A stretch of 64,000 nt of DNA. It comes from Microbotryum violaceum (taxonomy: Eukaryota). The notes under the pieces are model-generated. The model was not told the DNA's origin and ran no database searches. It saw only the letters and a list, made by a program, of their open reading frames with translations. This document shows, piece after piece, positions 62,076-64,000 of the stretch (position 1 is the first letter of the stretch; every line of letters begins with the position of its first letter). The position numbers and the translations under genes are program-made. The stretch covers positions 992,001 through 1,056,000 of the forward strand of contig CDLV01000009.1 of NCBI GenBank assembly GCA_001244265.2, in the 5' to 3' direction.

Positions 62076-64000
62076 CTACAATCTGGCCTTTTGTGCTATG
62101 GCCTGTCGTTTCTCCCACTCGGCCTTCAGCTTGGGTTTCAGCTCCGTCTTTAGCGTTTTGCCCGTCGCGTTCCTCGGCATGTCCTTCCAGAACAGAATCA
62201 TCTCCGGTACGCAGTGCTTAGGTAATTTTGCGCCGACAACTTTTCGTAGTTCGGCTTCGTCGACTTGGCCTCGGTGTTTGGAGTGCAGGACGACGACGGC
62301 CACGACGGCTTCGCCGAGTTTCTCGTGTGGGACTGCAACGACTGCAGCATCCTTGACTCGATCGTCGGAATAGAGCGCATTCTCAACGTGGATCGAGGCG
62401 ATGTTTTCTCCTCCTCGGATAATCTGTCGTGAGGTCACAGCGATCAACCACCACATTGCCACTAGGGAGATCGCTTCACTCTCTCGCGGGGACTCACAAT
62501 GTCCTTAGCCCGATCCGAAACGTACAAATACCCTTCCTCATCGACATGCCCCATATCCCCACTCTTGAACCACCCATCTTCCGTAAACGCCTCCTTGGTC
62601 GCCTTCTCATTCCTATAATACCCTTCGGCGATATTCGGCCCATGGATGCAAATCTCACCCGTCTTGCCGGTCGGCAATTCCTCGTACGTCGCAGGATCAA
62701 TTATCTTCAACCTCGTCACCGGGGTCGGTAGACCACATGACGTCGGTCGTTTCACGTATTCTTCCCCCGCGACAGAAGTGGCGACCGAATTTGTTTCGGT
62801 CAATCCAAACCCTTGACCCGCGGGAACTTCACCGATCGATTTCTTGACCATCTCAGGCAACCTCGAGCTCGCGGGTCCACCACCGAAACTGAGGGCTTCG
62901 AGGGCATGGCTCTGTCTTGAAAGACGGTCGACGATCTCGAGGACCATGTGAGGAACTCCGCCGGCAAGGGTCACGCGTTCGCGAATGATCAACTCGGATG
63001 CCTTTTCGGCACTGTACTTGTGCATCATGACGACCTTGCCTCCCATTGCGGTCATGAGCGTCAGGAACGAATGCGCGCCAATGACGTGGAACAAGGGGAC
63101 CGAAAGCAGGACGGCTTTCTGAGCGTTAGGATCGGGGACGGGGAGACTGAGCCCCTTCATAAGTGTTGCTCGAGCACCGGCGACACTGGTGTTGAGTCGG
63201 TTCGAGAGGAACTGTCGATTCGTTGCGAGAACTCCCTTGGGTTTCGAGGTCGTACCCGACGTAAAGTAGATGGTCGCGTTGTCTTCGGGTGCGATCGAAA
63301 CCTTGGGCATCTGCTTGTCCGAACATCCAGCGAGGGCTTGATCCATCGATTCCATTCCTTTGGGTAAGCTCTTGCTTGGTCGAGCGACCAAGATGGTCGA
63401 ACAACCCAACCGAGCCAATTCTTCCTGTTGCTCAGCCAACTTAGTCACCCTCTCTTGATCAAGCACGAGCAACTTGCACTCGACCATCTGGAAACAATGC
63501 ATCAACACGTCCAACGTCCCCCACGCGTTGACCGCCGAGATGAGGGCACCGATCGAAGCCGCGGCCCAGAAGGAGAAGATGAATTCGGGCAAGTTGCGAG
63601 CGCAGATCGCGACGCGGTCCCCCTTTCGAACGCCGCGCGAGTGGAACAGCGCTGCGAGCGCCGCGACGCGAGTGTGCGCCTCGGCGTAGGTGTACGACTC
63701 GTTATCGTACACGATGTACTTGCGTGAACCAAACGGGGTCTGTTGGGAGAGGCCATCCGAATGGGCGTCAGTGATCTACCGCGCGGCACGGTGGTCACAG
63801 AGGGACGGCGAGACGTACTTTGGTCGCTAACCAGAACTCGCGCATGGAGCTGGGCAATTGCTTGTACACTGGGTAGGTTCGACCCTTGATGGTCTTTTCT
63901 TCAGTTTCCCATGGCCTGAATTGACACAAGAGGTGGCAGGTGGTCAGCTTATTCTCAGAGACGACGCTGCAACCCTCGACAGCCGCCCGACTCGGAGCTC
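62076..64000 (-). CDS. AMP-dependent acyl-CoA synthetase/ligase with PTS1 (-ARL); 5' end lies beyond the window
   Basis: YFTSGTTSKPKGV, GFGLTET, DGWFKSGDMG, DRAKD|IIRGGENI, PRNATGK; C-terminal QKARL. Confidence 0.93.

Overview
Intron-rich, GC-rich eukaryotic genomic DNA from a basidiomycete fungus (my inference is Pucciniomycotina/Microbotryomycetes-like, from gene content and short GTRAGT...CTRAC...YAG introns). Because genes are spliced, the ORF track fragments them, so I rebuilt gene models by hand. About 20 protein-coding genes: a nucleotide-sugar transporter fused in frame to an exostosin/GT47 glycosyltransferase, two tandem PLAC8 genes, GWT1, complex I subunit NDUFS3, a BVMO-type flavin monooxygenase, mitoribosomal mL43, a small hypothetical protein, a UIM-containing protein, a polyQ LUFS/LisH (Flo8/Som1-like) regulator hidden by introns, a Nam8/Ngr1-like RRM protein, a bestrophin-like channel, TFIIF Tfg1, Sec14, a Boi-like SH3-SAM-PH protein with a CH-like tail, a GH5 mannanase-like enzyme, a DH-PH RhoGEF, Bet3, a flavin amine oxidase and a 5'-truncated peroxisomal acyl-CoA ligase. 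I saw no tRNA, rRNA, CRISPR array or intact mobile element. The most notable observation is the ~1049-aa transporter-glycosyltransferase fusion, whose predicted topology would place the GT47 domain in the lumen beside its own sugar-donor transporter. Exon coordinates are hand-derived and unverified by transcripts.
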